Assembly (NCBI GenBank): GCA_963727625.1 | Contig: CAVSHR010000012.1 | Coordinates: forward strand, 416,001-480,000 | Length of the DNA: 64,000 nucleotides | Direction of reading: 5' to 3' | Source: an uncultured delta proteobacterium | GTDB taxonomy: Bacteria > Desulfobacterota > Binatia > UBA9968 | In this document: positions 29,566 through 40,447 of the stretch, piece by piece | How positions within the stretch are numbered: the stretch's first letter is position 1 | Layout of the letters: each line of letters starts with the position of its first letter | Notes under the pieces: model-generated | What the model saw: the letters and a program-made list of their open reading frames with translations, nothing else | What the model was told of the DNA's origin: nothing | Databases searched by the model: none | Program-made: the position numbers and the translations under genes

Positions 29566-30660
29566 ATGAAAAAGAAACTCCGAGTAGCCATACTCTTCGG
29601 CGGAAAATCCGCTGAGCATGAGATCTCGCTGATTTCAGCGCGAAATATTTTTCAGACGCTGGACAAGAAAAAATATCAGATCATCGCCGTCGGCATCGAT
29701 AAACGTGGCCGCTGGTACGTCGACGAGAGCGCGCGCCTGCTGCGCGACAGGCACTTATCCAAAGTTGAATTCGCCGGCATGAACAAGACCGCGGCGATCG
29801 TACCCGGCGAGACGCCTACGCCGATCATCGAGCCGCTGTCCGGAAAGCATTTCGGCGCCGTGGATGTCGTCATTCCGGTTTTGCATGGCCCGCTCGGCGA
29901 AGATGGCACGATTCAAGGCTTGCTCAAGCTCGCCAACCTGCCTTTCGTCGGCGCCGGCGTGTTGGGCTCCGCAGTGGGCATGGATAAAGACGTCATGAAG
30001 CGGCTGCTGCGCGACGCCAGTATCGCCGTCCCCAAATTCCTGGTGTTCGAGCGGCGCGAGCGCAACGCCATCGGATTTGCCAGAGTCAAAAAAGCTCTCG
30101 GACTGCCGCTGTTCGTCAAGCCGGCCAACCTGGGCTCTTCGGTGGGCATTAGCAAGGTGGTGAAGCGGAGCGAATTTGCCGCCGCGCTGAGAGAAGCTTT
30201 TTGTTACGACAACAAAATCATCATCGAGGAAGCGATTCGTGGCCGCGAGATCGAATGTTCGGTGCTTGGCAACCAAGTACCGATCGCCTCGCTGCCCGGC
30301 GAGATCGTCGTGGCGCGGGAGTTTTATTCCTACGACGCAAAATATCTCGACGATCAGGGCGCGCGGCTGGAAATACCCGCACCGCTGCCGAAAAAAACCG
30401 TTAAAATAATCCAGCAGACCGCGGTGCGCGCCTACCGGACGCTGTGCTGCGAAGGAATGGCGCGGGTGGATTTCTTCTTGCGCCCGAACGGGCAGGTGCT
30501 TGTCAACGAGATCAACACGATTCCAGGCTTCACTAAAATCAGCATGTACCCCAAGATGTGGCAAGCCAGCGGTTTGAGCTACTCACGGCTGATCGACCGG
30601 CTGATCGCTCTGGCACTGGAACGATCACGAAACGAGCGACGTTTAAGAACTTCAAAATAG
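29566..30660 (+). CDS. ddl: D-alanine--D-alanine ligase
   Basis: FGGKSAEHEIS, LHGPLGEDG, GSSVG, FYSYDAKY, NEINTIPG. Confidence 0.96.
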   Translation: MKKKLRVAILFGGKSAEHEISLISARNIFQTLDKKKYQIIAVGIDKRGRWYVDESARLLRDRHLSKVEFAGMNKTAAIVPGETPTPIIEPLSGKHFGAVDVVIPVLHGPLGEDGTIQGLLKLANLPFVGAGVLGSAVGMDKDVMKRLLRDASIAVPKFLVFERRERNAIGFARVKKALGLPLFVKPANLGSSVGISKVVKRSEFAAALREAFCYDNKIIIEEAIRGREIECSVLGNQVPIASLPGEIVVAREFYSYDAKYLDDQGARLEIPAPLPKKTVKIIQQTAVRAYRTLCCEGMARVDFFLRPNGQVLVNEINTIPGFTKISMYPKMWQASGLSYSRLIDRLIALALERSRNERRLRTSK

Positions 30661-30720
30661 CGCGGATAACCTAACTCGGGGGCATTGGACGGCTGGCTCG
30701 CCAATGGACTCGGAAAAAGT

Positions 30721-31110
30721 ATGACGCTTAAACCGGTGCCTTACGAGGACCCACTGTATCAACTCTTGCGCCACGGAAACGTCCAAGAGTTCAACCGGTG
30801 CAAGACGCGGGGGGAGAAATGCCAATGAACCTCCGGCGATTTCCGCCGCCTTAATTTGCGCGGATTCGACGCCGCCGGAACTGGTTTCAGTATCTGTTAT
30901 TTCCGCGCCAGTGATTTACCGGGCGCAGACTTTTCTAAAGCTCGGCTTGCCGGCGCCGGCATCCAGAGCGCAAAAATTTCCGGCGTCTTGTTTCCCACCG
31001 AACCGAGTGCGGACGAAGTCCTCCTCTCCGCCAACCACGTCACTCCCATGCGCCACAAAAATGAGCGCCCGATGGCTTGGAAGTCCCGGCTTCCCCTGCC
31101 GCAACATTGA
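30721..31110 (+). pseudogene. Pentapeptide-repeat protein pseudogene
   Basis: MTLKPVPYEDPLYQLLR...EFNR...* (TGA 30826-30828) then GDFRRLNLRGFD...YFRASDL...AKISGVLFP; degenerate substitutions and lost native stop. Confidence 0.7.
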
Positions 31111-31160
31111 TTTCCGTGGCTCGCGTCGACCCGGCCATGGACGACTTGATTCTGATTCGC

Positions 31161-32375
31161 TCAGTCCATCTGCCGGCGCAGGAATGTCGGGATATCGTAC
31201 TTGTCGTCGTCTTCCTGACTGGCGCTGAACTCGATACTATTTTTATTCAAAGTTACCGTCTCGACTTCGTCACTGCCGCTCTTCTTGCGCTGCCAGGTCG
31301 GTGTGTCGAGGTCATCGACGATCGTGCCCAAGTGCACCACCTTGCGATTTTTCTGTGCCGCGGCGGCAAGGTTTGCGACGCTGACGGTCGGCGCCGGAGC
31401 CGGCTTCTTTTCCTCGCGTGCGGCGCCGAAGCCGGTGGCGATGACCGTGATACGGATCTCGTCGGTCAAGTTCTCGTCGATCACCGCGCCGAATATGATG
31501 TTGGCGTCGTCATGGGCTTCTTCCTGAATCATCGAGGCCGCTTCGTTCACTTCATGCAAGCACAGGTCGGGGCCACCGGTGATATTGATCAATACCCCGC
31601 GTGCGCCCTGGATCGAAATATCTTCGAGCAGCGGGCTGGAAATCGCTTTTTGCGCCGCTTCGATGGCACGGTTCTCTCCGCAGGCCGACGAAGCGCCCAT
31701 CAGGGCCAAGCCCATCTCCGCCATGACCGTGCGGACGTCGGCAAAATCGAGATTGATCAAGCCCGGTGTGATGATGAGATCGGAGATGCCGCGCACCGCT
31801 TGCAGCAGCACGTCGTCGGCTTTGTGAAATGCTTCGAGCATGGTGGTGGTCTTGGCCGCGATGCTCAACAAGCGCTGATTGGGAATCACGATCAGCGTGT
31901 CGACGCTCGCTTTCAATTCTTCGATGCCGTCTTCGGCCTGGCGCATGCGCTTCTTGCCCTCGAAGATAAAAGGCTTGGTCACCACACCGACGGTCAACGC
32001 GCCAACTTCGCGGGCCACCCGCGCCAGGATCGGCGCGCCACCCGTGCCAGTGCCGCCTCCCATGCCCGCGGTGATGAAGATCATGTCGGAGCCTTCGAGA
32101 TATTCTTTGATCTTCTCTTGATCTTCGAGGGCGGCGCGCCGGCCGATTTCCGGATTGGCCCCCGCGCCCAACCCTTTGGTCACCATGCCGCCGAGTTGAA
32201 TCCGCACCGGGGCTTCGCTCGCTTCCAACGATTGCGCGTCGGTGTTCGCCACCATGAAGTCGACTCCCGACAACTTGGCGCCGATCATGGTATTGACCGC
32301 GTTGCCGCCGCCCCCACCGATGCCGATGACCTTGATGCGCGCGGTCATGCTATTTTGTTCCACTATCTCAAACAT
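31161..32375 (-). CDS. ftsZ: Cell division protein FtsZ
   Basis: [23 protein letters not shown]-terminal DIPTFLR. Confidence 0.99.
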   Translation of the reverse strand: MFEIVEQNSMTARIKVIGIGGGGGNAVNTMIGAKLSGVDFMVANTDAQSLEASEAPVRIQLGGMVTKGLGAGANPEIGRRAALEDQEKIKEYLEGSDMIFITAGMGGGTGTGGAPILARVAREVGALTVGVVTKPFIFEGKKRMRQAEDGIEELKASVDTLIVIPNQRLLSIAAKTTTMLEAFHKADDVLLQAVRGISDLIITPGLINLDFADVRTVMAEMGLALMGASSACGENRAIEAAQKAISSPLLEDISIQGARGVLINITGGPDLCLHEVNEAASMIQEEAHDDANIIFGAVIDENLTDEIRITVIATGFGAAREEKKPAPAPTVSVANLAAAAQKNRKVVHLGTIVDDLDTPTWQRKKSGSDEVETVTLNKNSIEFSASQEDDDKYDIPTFLRRQMD

Positions 32376-32419
32376 AATTATTCCTCCTCCGGAAAAAGTC
32401 GTTAAATTTGGTTATCCGA

Positions 32420-33646
32420 TCAAAAAAAATCGCTGAGCCAATCCGACATTCGATGCTTGACCTTAGAGAGAATCTTGTCGTCGCGGACACGATAAGTACC
32501 GCGCTCGGCACGTTTCATGCCGTAGAGAACCAATCCGACGCCGGTGGCGTAGGTCGGGTTGCTAACGATATCGACCAAACCACCGACATGAGCGGGCACG
32601 CCCAGTCGCACCGGCAAACCGAAACAACGCTCGGCCATTTCAACGGCGCCGGGCAAGAGCATCGACCCGCCGGTGACCACCAGTCCCGACGCCAAGGAGC
32701 CTTCAAACCCCGTCTTGGCGATCTCTTTTTGGACCAGCTCGTAGATCTCGTCTAAACGCGGCTCGATGATTTCACAAAGAATTTGCCGGGAGACACTGTT
32801 CGGGCCCTTGCCCGCCACTCCCGGCACATCGACTCGTTCATCGCCGTCCACCATCGACGCTTTAGCGTAGCCAAAGCGCTGCTTGATTCGTTCGGCATCG
32901 TTGAACGGTGTGCGCAAGCCGGCCGCGATATCGTTGGTGACATGGTTGCCGCCGATGCCGATCACCCCGGTGTGTTTGACCGCGCCGTCGTGATAGACGG
33001 CAACGTCGGTGGTACCGCCGCCGATGTCGATGAGCGCGACGCCCAGTTCGCGCTCTTCGTCGGTCAGTACGGCTTCGGCCTCCGCCAAGGGCGCCAGGAC
33101 GATTTCGGCAACATTGAGACCGGTGCGGTTGCAGCACTTGACGATATTCTGTGTTGACGTCGCTGCGCCGGTGACGATGTGAACCTTCGCTTCGAGACGC
33201 ACGCCCGACATGCCCAAGGGCTCGCGGATGCCGTCCTGCTCGTCGATGATGTAATCTTGCGGCAAGACATGCAGCACGTCGCGATCCATCGGGATGGCCA
33301 CTGCCCGGGCCGCATCGATGACCCGATCCAGATCGCGCTGGGTAACTTCCTTGCTTTTGACCGCGACGATGCCATGGCTGTTAAAAGCCTTGATATGCCC
33401 TCCGGAAATGCTCGTGAACACGGTGTGAATCTCGCAGCCGGCCATCAGCCCGGCCTCTTCGACGGCGCGCTTGACCGAACTCACCGTGGCTTCGATGTTG
33501 ATCACCACGCCCTTGCGCAGCCCCTGCGAAGCGTGCGAGCCCACACCGATGATTTCGACGCCCTGCTCGGTCATCTCGCCGATCACGACGCAAACTTTTG
33601 TGGTTCCGATATCCAATCCGACTACGATGCTGCTTTTCTTCAACAT
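32420..33646 (-). CDS. ftsA: Cell division protein FtsA
   Basis: GLDIGTTKV, DIGGGTTD, TGG; start at ATG 33646. Confidence 0.98.
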   Translation of the reverse strand: MLKKSSIVVGLDIGTTKVCVVIGEMTEQGVEIIGVGSHASQGLRKGVVINIEATVSSVKRAVEEAGLMAGCEIHTVFTSISGGHIKAFNSHGIVAVKSKEVTQRDLDRVIDAARAVAIPMDRDVLHVLPQDYIIDEQDGIREPLGMSGVRLEAKVHIVTGAATSTQNIVKCCNRTGLNVAEIVLAPLAEAEAVLTDEERELGVALIDIGGGTTDVAVYHDGAVKHTGVIGIGGNHVTNDIAAGLRTPFNDAERIKQRFGYAKASMVDGDERVDVPGVAGKGPNSVSRQILCEIIEPRLDEIYELVQKEIAKTGFEGSLASGLVVTGGSMLLPGAVEMAERCFGLPVRLGVPAHVGGLVDIVSNPTYATGVGLVLYGMKRAERGTYRVRDDKILSKVKHRMSDWLSDFF

Positions 33647-33675
33647 GGCTCCGTCACAACTTCTCTCTTTGCTGC

Positions 33676-34491
33676 TTATCTTTGCGCTCCGCGTAAACGC
33701 GCGACCACTTGATCCCGAAAGCTCATATCCAAGGCGCCGAGGCGCTGTTCGTTGCCTTTCCACAGAGTGAGCAGACGCTCCATCCGGCTCAGCTTCTCGT
33801 TCCAATGGCCCCAGCCCATATGGAGGGCGATCGGATACTCGGTCGTATAGACCACTAGGCGGTCGGCCTTGGCGAAATGAATCTCCGAGAGCGAGTGCGA
33901 GCGCTGCACCATCATCTCGCCGAGACGAATCGCTTCCCGAATGCGTTTGCGCGTGGACGGGTCCGACGACATCAGCTGTTCGGCGCCCAGGCCGGTGAGC
34001 AAGGGAAATTGAACATTCTCCCCCGGGCTGACTTCCTTGAATACGACGCCGTCGGCGTCGACGTAGTAAAGCTTGCGCAGCGCCACGAGCGCCTTGGGCG
34101 TGCGTTCTTCGACGTCGATCACCACGCGCCGGGGAAATTCACGGCGCACGAGCACCCGGCGCACCCAGGGATGCTTGGCGATTTGTTTTTCAATTTTTGG
34201 CAGGTCGAGACTCCAGATGCTCATGCCACGGCGCAACCCAGCGAGGGCGACGATCTCGTTGCCGCTGACCTTGTCGCCACCGCGCACTTGAATTTCGCGC
34301 AGCGAGAAATAGGTATTTTCTACGACGAACTCGCGCAGGGAAAGCGCAGCCACCGCCAACGGCCCGCTGAGTCGATAAAGGAGCACAGCGGCAAACACCA
34401 GGCCCGCGGCGGTGCCGGCGCGCAACAAGCTGCGACGCCAGCGCCGCCGGTCCTTTTTTCGGTTATCCCTGCGGTAAACTTTTAATTGCAT
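33676..34491 (-). CDS. ftsQ: Cell division protein FtsQ/DivIB
   Basis: Basic N-terminus, TM, POTRA (HPWVRRVLVRREFP..VVIDVEER); dcw position. Confidence 0.9.
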   Translation of the reverse strand: MQLKVYRRDNRKKDRRRWRRSLLRAGTAAGLVFAAVLLYRLSGPLAVAALSLREFVVENTYFSLREIQVRGGDKVSGNEIVALAGLRRGMSIWSLDLPKIEKQIAKHPWVRRVLVRREFPRRVVIDVEERTPKALVALRKLYYVDADGVVFKEVSPGENVQFPLLTGLGAEQLMSSDPSTRKRIREAIRLGEMMVQRSHSLSEIHFAKADRLVVYTTEYPIALHMGWGHWNEKLSRMERLLTLWKGNEQRLGALDMSFRDQVVARLRGAQR

Positions 34492-34501
34492 ATCGCCTTG
34501 C

Positions 34502-35452
34502 TCACTCAGCCGGCCACTCGCCGAAAAATTTTACTTCCGGCGTCAACTCGACGCCGAACTGGCGGCGCACTTCGGACTGCGCCCACGCCATTAATTGGCG
34601 CACCTCGCCCGCTCTGGCGCCGCCGAGGTTAACGATAAAATTGGCATGGCGCGGCGAGATTTGGCACTGACCGATGCGCTTGCCCTTGAGACCGGCGGCT
34701 TCGATGAGCCGCCCGGCGTAATCTCCCTGCGGATTACGAAACATCGAGCCGGAGTTGGGGAAGCCGGAAGGCTGGCTGCTTTTTCTTCTGCCGACGAGCT
34801 CGCGGAGTCGCGAGCCGGCGCTCGCCGCTTCGCCCTTTTGCAGGCCCATGACGACCCGCGTCACGACCGTGCCGGCTGGCAAATGCGAATCGCGGTAACT
34901 GAACGTCATTTCCTGCCGCGACAACCGCCATGGTTCTCCCTCCGGCGTCATCGCCTCGACGGCATCGACCACTTTTTCAAACTCCGAACCATAGGCGCCC
35001 GCGTTCATGTACAGAGCGCCGCCGACGCTGCCGGGAATTCCCTCGGCAAATTCCAAGCCCGTGTAACCTTTGCGCGCCGCTTCTCGGACTAATTGAGTCA
35101 CGGCGTAGGCCGCGCCCACACTCACGCGCACCGTGTCAGCTTCTTCAAGCCATTCCAGCCGCTTGAATTCACCGGTTAAACGAATCACCGCGCCGCGTAC
35201 GCCATGATCGCTGATCAACACATTGCTGCCGTTGCCAAGCAAGAAGTGACTTGCGTGACGGCGTTGAAGAAGCTGGAGCAGGCCCGCCAGCGCCGCCTCG
35301 CTGGCCGCTTCGATATAGTAATCTGCCGGCCCGCCGATCTTCATCGACGTGTAGCGTGCCAAGGGCTCGGCAGTCTTGACCGTGAGCCCGGCGATCAGGT
35401 TTAGCTCACCGATCAACGGCGTTTCCTCACTCGTTTGAGCCATCGCAAACAT
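34502..35452 (-). CDS. murB: UDP-N-acetylenolpyruvoylglucosamine reductase
   Basis: KIGGPA, GNGSN, GIPGSVGG, MNAGAYG, GSMFRNP, HANF. Confidence 0.97.
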   Translation of the reverse strand: MFAMAQTSEETPLIGELNLIAGLTVKTAEPLARYTSMKIGGPADYYIEAASEAALAGLLQLLQRRHASHFLLGNGSNVLISDHGVRGAVIRLTGEFKRLEWLEEADTVRVSVGAAYAVTQLVREAARKGYTGLEFAEGIPGSVGGALYMNAGAYGSEFEKVVDAVEAMTPEGEPWRLSRQEMTFSYRDSHLPAGTVVTRVVMGLQKGEAASAGSRLRELVGRRKSSQPSGFPNSGSMFRNPQGDYAGRLIEAAGLKGKRIGQCQISPRHANFIVNLGGARAGEVRQLMAWAQSEVRRQFGVELTPEVKFFGEWPAE

Positions 35453-35463
35453 CGCAAAAGGTT

Positions 35464-35529
35464 TGGAGTCATGGAGTGATGGAGTGTTGAAACTCCGCGC
35501 CCCACCCATCATTTCACTCCAGCGCTCCA
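35464..35529. repeat. REP-like palindromic element built from GGAGTGAT units (copy 2)
   Basis: TGGAGTCATGGAGTGATGGAGTG...CACTCCAGCGCTCCA in the murC-murB spacer. Confidence 0.65.
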
Positions 35530-35542
35530 TCCCGGCCGCTTT

Positions 35543-36913
35543 TCATTGGAGCGCCTCGACCAGCGCTTCACCCACTTTGTAAATGTCGCCCGCACCGAGG
35601 GTTAACACGACCTCGCCGCTTTCAAGCCCGCTGGCAAGTTGCCCGGCGATGGCGTCTTTGTCGGGCATGAATTCGACGTCCAGATGTCCCTTGCGCTTGA
35701 TCGCCTGGTAGAGCGCCTCGCCGTTGGCGCCGGCGATCGGATCTTCTCCGGCGGCGTAAATTTCCGTTAGGATCAGCCGATCCGCGCCTTCGAAGGCGGT
35801 TAAAAATTCATCGAACAAGTCTCGGGTCCGGGTGAAGCGGTGCGGCTGGAAGATCACTGTCAATGGCCGTTTCCAGCTGTCGCGGATGGCGCTGATGGTG
35901 GCGCGGATTTCCGTCGGATGATGACCGTAGTCGTCGATCACCAAAATTCCCCTGGGCTCGCCCTTGACTTCGAAGCGGCGATGAATGCCGGTGAACGCGC
36001 CGAGGGCTTCGGCCGCCTGCTTGAAGGGAATTTCCAATTCGTGGGCAACCGCCACCACCGCTAACGCGTTCGTCGCGCTGTGCCGCCCCGGCAGATTGAG
36101 GCGCAGTTTGCCCAGAGTTTTGCCCCGGTGCGTAACCGTGCATTCGACGCCGACGGCCGCGGTATTCAAGTCATGCGCCGAAAAATCCGCCTCCGACGAC
36201 AAACCATAGGTCGTGAAGCGTTTGCGCACCTTGGGCAACAGTCCGTGCACGCGCGGATCATCGAGGCAGAGCACGGCAAGACCGTAAAACGGAATCTTGT
36301 TAATGAAAGCGAGAAAGCTCTCGTCGAGCCGTTCCATGGTCTGATGGAAATCCATGTGCTCCTTATCGATATTGGTGACCACGGCGATGATCGGCGATAA
36401 GAGCAAAAAGCTGCCGTCGCTTTCATCAGCCTCCGCGACCAGTATTTCGCCCTGTCCCTTTCTGGCGTTGGCGCCGAACATATGCACCCGGCCGCCGATG
36501 ACCATCGTCGGATCGAGCCCCGCCGTGCTGAGCACCGCGGCGATCATCGACGTGGTCGTGGTCTTGCCATGGCTGCCGGCCACCGAGATGCCCTGTTTCA
36601 TACGCATCAACTCGGCGAGCATTTCAGCGCGCGGGATTACCGGAATATGCCGGCGGCGCGCTTCGAGCACTTCCGGGTTGGAGTATTTGACCGCCGTGGA
36701 AATCACGACCACCGAGGGTTCGCCGGCCAGATTTTCCTCCTGATGGCCGACATAGACGCGCGCGCCGAGCGCGCGCAGGCGCCGCGTCGCCTCGCTTTCC
36801 TGGAGATCGGAGCCGCTCACCACGTAGCCCGAATTGAGCAAGACTTCGGCAATTCCGCTCATGCCGATGCCGCCGATGCCGACGAAATGAATTTTATGCT
36901 TCTTTTGCAACAT
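35543..36913 (-). CDS. murC: UDP-N-acetylmuramate--L-alanine ligase
   Basis: HFVGIGGIGMSG, GSHGKTTT, EADESD, DDYGHHPTE. Confidence 0.98.
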   Translation of the reverse strand: MLQKKHKIHFVGIGGIGMSGIAEVLLNSGYVVSGSDLQESEATRRLRALGARVYVGHQEENLAGEPSVVVISTAVKYSNPEVLEARRRHIPVIPRAEMLAELMRMKQGISVAGSHGKTTTTSMIAAVLSTAGLDPTMVIGGRVHMFGANARKGQGEILVAEADESDGSFLLLSPIIAVVTNIDKEHMDFHQTMERLDESFLAFINKIPFYGLAVLCLDDPRVHGLLPKVRKRFTTYGLSSEADFSAHDLNTAAVGVECTVTHRGKTLGKLRLNLPGRHSATNALAVVAVAHELEIPFKQAAEALGAFTGIHRRFEVKGEPRGILVIDDYGHHPTEIRATISAIRDSWKRPLTVIFQPHRFTRTRDLFDEFLTAFEGADRLILTEIYAAGEDPIAGANGEALYQAIKRKGHLDVEFMPDKDAIAGQLASGLESGEVVLTLGAGDIYKVGEALVEALQ

Positions 36914-36937
36914 GAAACTTCAGTCACGGCTCGATCG

Positions 36938-38005
36938 CTAGGTCCGCGCCAACCCATAACACTCATCGACGATACGCGCCGCCGCATCGGGGCGTCCGAG
37001 AGCGCGCGCCGCCGCCGCCATTTTTTTGATCCGCTCGCGATCTGCGAGATAGCCGCGGATCTTTTGCGCCAAAATTTGCCCGTTCAATTCCTGGTCCAAA
37101 ATCATTTCCGCCGCGCCCTGCTCCTGCAGCGCCTCGGCATTGCCACGCTGATGGTCGTAAATAGCGTAGGGGTAGGGCACCAGAATCGCCGCCTTACCAA
37201 ACCCGGTGAGCTCCGCAACCGTCGTCGCGCCGGCGCGGCAAAGCACCAAATCCGCCTGCGCGTAGGCCTCGTCCATGGCGTCGATAAACGGGGTCACCGC
37301 CGCCTCGAAGGGCAATTCCCGGTAAGCTTTTTCGATCGCCGCATAATCCAGCGCGCCGGTCTGATGGGTGATAAACAAGTCGGCTTTGAGATCGCTTAAC
37401 TGCTTGAGCGCTTCCACGACTGCGTAGTTGACGCGCCGCGCGCCCGCGCTTCCGCCGAAAATCAAAAGAGAAAATTTTCTCCGCTTGGCCGTTTCGGGAA
37501 GTCTTTGCCAACGCACCGGGTTGCCGGTCTCGATCACGCGCGCGCCTGGAAAAAACTCGGCGCTGCGCGCATAGGCGGTGAACACCCGAGCCACCCAGCG
37601 GCCTAAAAGCTTATTGGTAAATCCGGGGCGAAGATTTTGTTCCATGATTGCGCAGTGAACGCCGAATAATTTCGCCGCCAGCAGCACCGGACCGGAAGCA
37701 TAGCCGCCGAGGCCGATGACGCAATGCGGGCGAAAAGTTTTGATGATCGCCAACGATCGCAACAAACTTGCCGGTACGCCATAGATCGCGTCGAGCCATC
37801 CGCGCAGACCTCGTCCTTTTATTCCTTTAACCGCCAAAGTTTCCAGTTTGAATCCTTCCCTCGGTAACACGCGAAACTCGATTCCCTGTGCTGTGCCGAC
37901 GAACAAGATTTCCGTGGTTGCGTCGCGCCGCTGAAATTCCCGCGCCACCGCCAGCCCGGGGAAGAGATGACCGCCCGTTCCCCCACCGGCGAGAATCACC
38001 CGCAT
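36938..38005 (-). CDS. murG: Undecaprenyl-PP-MurNAc-pentapeptide GlcNAc transferase
   Basis: GGGTGGH, GGYAS, GNPVR, GGSAGA, RAGATT. Confidence 0.98.
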   Translation of the reverse strand: MRVILAGGGTGGHLFPGLAVAREFQRRDATTEILFVGTAQGIEFRVLPREGFKLETLAVKGIKGRGLRGWLDAIYGVPASLLRSLAIIKTFRPHCVIGLGGYASGPVLLAAKLFGVHCAIMEQNLRPGFTNKLLGRWVARVFTAYARSAEFFPGARVIETGNPVRWQRLPETAKRRKFSLLIFGGSAGARRVNYAVVEALKQLSDLKADLFITHQTGALDYAAIEKAYRELPFEAAVTPFIDAMDEAYAQADLVLCRAGATTVAELTGFGKAAILVPYPYAIYDHQRGNAEALQEQGAAEMILDQELNGQILAQKIRGYLADRERIKKMAAAARALGRPDAAARIVDECYGLART

Positions 38006-38006
38006 C

Positions 38007-39101
38007 CTAGAGTCTCCGCCGCGAGAGACCCAATAAAATTCCCGCCTCCATCAAGTTGATCACCATCGCCGAACCACCGTAGCTGATAAACGGCAAAACC
38101 AACCCCTTCGTCGGCATCAGCCCCATCACCACGCCCATGTGAATCAATGCCTGCAGGCCGAGCAGCACCGTCAGGCCGAAGGCTAAATACTGATCGAAAG
38201 GTTCTTCGATTTTTGCGGTTAATTGAAGGCCGCGCACGATGATCACGCCGAACAGGGCCAGCACCGCCAACGCGCCCACCAAGCCGAGTTCTTCGCCGAT
38301 CACCGAATAGATAAAGTCGGTGTGGGCCTCGGGCAGATACAAGAGCTTCTGCCGGCTTTCGCCAAGACCACGACCCAACCATTGGCCCGAGCCGAACGCG
38401 ATCAACGATTGGATGACGTGAAAGCCGCTGCCCGTCGGATCGCTCCAGGGATCTAAAAAAGACAGCAGACGGCGCAAACGATACTCGGCCGTCGTCATGA
38501 CGTAGACCAACGCCGGTACAGCTAACAGCGCGGTGCCGAACAGATGGCGCATTCGCACGCCGCCAATGAAGAGCATGAAATAGAGCAGCATGGTCAAGAT
38601 CAGCGCGGTGCCGAAGTCCGGTTCCAACAGAAGCAGGCCGGCGAACGCGCCGCTGACGATGAGATGGGGCAAGACGCCGACGGCAAAAGTTCGAATCAAT
38701 TCTTCCTTCTTCGCCATGGAGTGAGCCAGATACACGACGATCGCCAGCTTAGCCAGCTCGGAAGGCTGAAACCCGAAGCCCGGAAACATGATCCAGCGTC
38801 GCGCGCCACCGCGGCTCACGCCGATGCCCGGGATCAAGACCATGACAAGAGTGATGAAAGTTGCGGCCAACAACGGATAGGAAAATCGCCGATAAAGCGC
38901 GGTCGGCGCCAACGAGCAGGCGACCAGCACGATCACGCCGGCACCCATGGCGAGCAATTGCTTGCGGAAAAAATAGGTGCCGTCGCCGTAACGCTCCTGG
39001 GAGTGCAAATAGCTGGTGCTCAGCACCATCGTCATCCCCAGCGCCAGCAGCGCAGCCACCGCAAGCAGCATCCACTTATCGACTGCCAGACCGTCTTTCA
39101 T
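38007..39101 (-). CDS. ftsW: SEDS peptidoglycan polymerase FtsW
   Basis: FQPSELAK, PDFGT, LPEAHTDF, LPFISYGGS. Confidence 0.98.
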   Translation of the reverse strand: MKDGLAVDKWMLLAVAALLALGMTMVLSTSYLHSQERYGDGTYFFRKQLLAMGAGVIVLVACSLAPTALYRRFSYPLLAATFITLVMVLIPGIGVSRGGARRWIMFPGFGFQPSELAKLAIVVYLAHSMAKKEELIRTFAVGVLPHLIVSGAFAGLLLLEPDFGTALILTMLLYFMLFIGGVRMRHLFGTALLAVPALVYVMTTAEYRLRRLLSFLDPWSDPTGSGFHVIQSLIAFGSGQWLGRGLGESRQKLLYLPEAHTDFIYSVIGEELGLVGALAVLALFGVIIVRGLQLTAKIEEPFDQYLAFGLTVLLGLQALIHMGVVMGLMPTKGLVLPFISYGGSAMVINLMEAGILLGLSRRRL

Positions 39102-40432
39102 AGTTCCTGCGCCAAATCTTTGAAAACTTTGCCGCGCGCGGCGTAGTTGCGAAACTGGTCGAAGCTCGAACAGGCCGGCGAGAGCAGCACCACGTCGCCG
39201 GCGCGCGCATGCGCCGCCGCGTCGTTCACCGCCGCTCGCAGGTCTTCGACCACCGCCGTTTCAGTGAGCCCGCCCAGGGCGCCCGCGATGATTTCTTTCG
39301 CGGCGCCGAACAGCACCAGGCGGCGCACTTTTTGTCTGATCCCTTGCGCCAGAGGCGCGTAATCGCCGCCCTTGTCCACGCCCCCGGCCAACAAAATCAC
39401 CGGCCCGGGAAAGCTCGCCAGTGATTTCACCACCGCGCCGACGTTGGTGCCCTTGGAATCGTTGTAGTAGCGCACGCCGTCTTTCTCCCGGACGAATTCA
39501 AGCCGGTGCTCGAGCCCGGGAAAGCTCGTCAGAACCTCTTCAATAGGGTCGGCGGCCACGCCGGCGCATTTGGCCGCCGCGATCGCCGCCATCATGTTTT
39601 CCAAGTTATGCACGCCATGAATTTTCACGCGCTCAAGCGAAAAACGCTCCTCAACTTTACCGTCACGCCAAACGATCTCGCCGCCGGCCGCGAACACGCC
39701 CACTGGCACTTCGGAAAAGCCGAAAGAGACTACCCGCGAGCGGACTCGCTCGCGGAGCGCCCAGACCAGCGGATCGTCGCGATTCAGGACCGCGACATCC
39801 TCGCCATCCTGCGCCGCGAAAATCCGCTCTTTGACAGCGCAGTAATCGGCGAAACTCGAGTACCGGTCCAAGTGGTCCTCGGTCAAATTGAGCAGCACGG
39901 CAATGCGCGGGTGGAACTCGGCGATCCACTCGAGCTGAAAACTGCTGATCTCGACCACACCCCAATCCCACTCCCGTCCCAGCGAACCCACGAAGGGCGT
40001 GCCCAAATTGCCGCCGAGAAAAACTTTTTGGCCGCCCGCTTTAATCATCTCGCCGATCAAGGTGGTCGTAGTGCTTTTGCCGTTGGTGCCGGTAATCGCC
40101 GCCAGCGGCGCGCCGAAAAAGCGATAGGCCAGCTCGATCTCGCTCAACACCGCAACGTTGCGCGCGCCCGCCTGCTTGAGCAGCAGATTCTCCCGCGGCA
40201 CCCCGGGGCTTGGCACGACATAGTCGACGCCGTCGAGCCAGGCCGGATCTTCGCCGCCCAGACGGTAGCCGACGTCAAGCCCGGCGAGAGCTTCGATCTC
40301 CGCCTTGAGCTCGGCTTCTCCACGCAGATCGCTAATCAACACCCGCGCGCCTCGTTGGGCCAAAAAGCCGGCGCACTCCCTGCCGGTGCGCGCCAGCCCG
40401 ATCACCAAAAACTTTTTGCCTGCAAGCTCCAT
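39098..40432 (-). CDS. murD: UDP-N-acetylmuramoyl-L-alanine--D-glutamate ligase
   Basis: ITGTNGKSTT, EISSFQL, NDSKGTN, LSPACSSFD. Confidence 0.98.
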   Translation of the reverse strand: MELAGKKFLVIGLARTGRECAGFLAQRGARVLISDLRGEAELKAEIEALAGLDVGYRLGGEDPAWLDGVDYVVPSPGVPRENLLLKQAGARNVAVLSEIELAYRFFGAPLAAITGTNGKSTTTTLIGEMIKAGGQKVFLGGNLGTPFVGSLGREWDWGVVEISSFQLEWIAEFHPRIAVLLNLTEDHLDRYSSFADYCAVKERIFAAQDGEDVAVLNRDDPLVWALRERVRSRVVSFGFSEVPVGVFAAGGEIVWRDGKVEERFSLERVKIHGVHNLENMMAAIAAAKCAGVAADPIEEVLTSFPGLEHRLEFVREKDGVRYYNDSKGTNVGAVVKSLASFPGPVILLAGGVDKGGDYAPLAQGIRQKVRRLVLFGAAKEIIAGALGGLTETAVVEDLRAAVNDAAAHARAGDVVLLSPACSSFDQFRNYAARGKVFKDLAQEL

Positions 40433-40447
40433 CGATCATCGGCAACT

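Noticed and set aside
31077-32405. Long antisense ORFs (442 aa opposite ftsZ, and others opposite murC, murD, mgtE)
   Set aside because: Shadow frames expected from high-GC codon bias on the opposite strand of conserved genes
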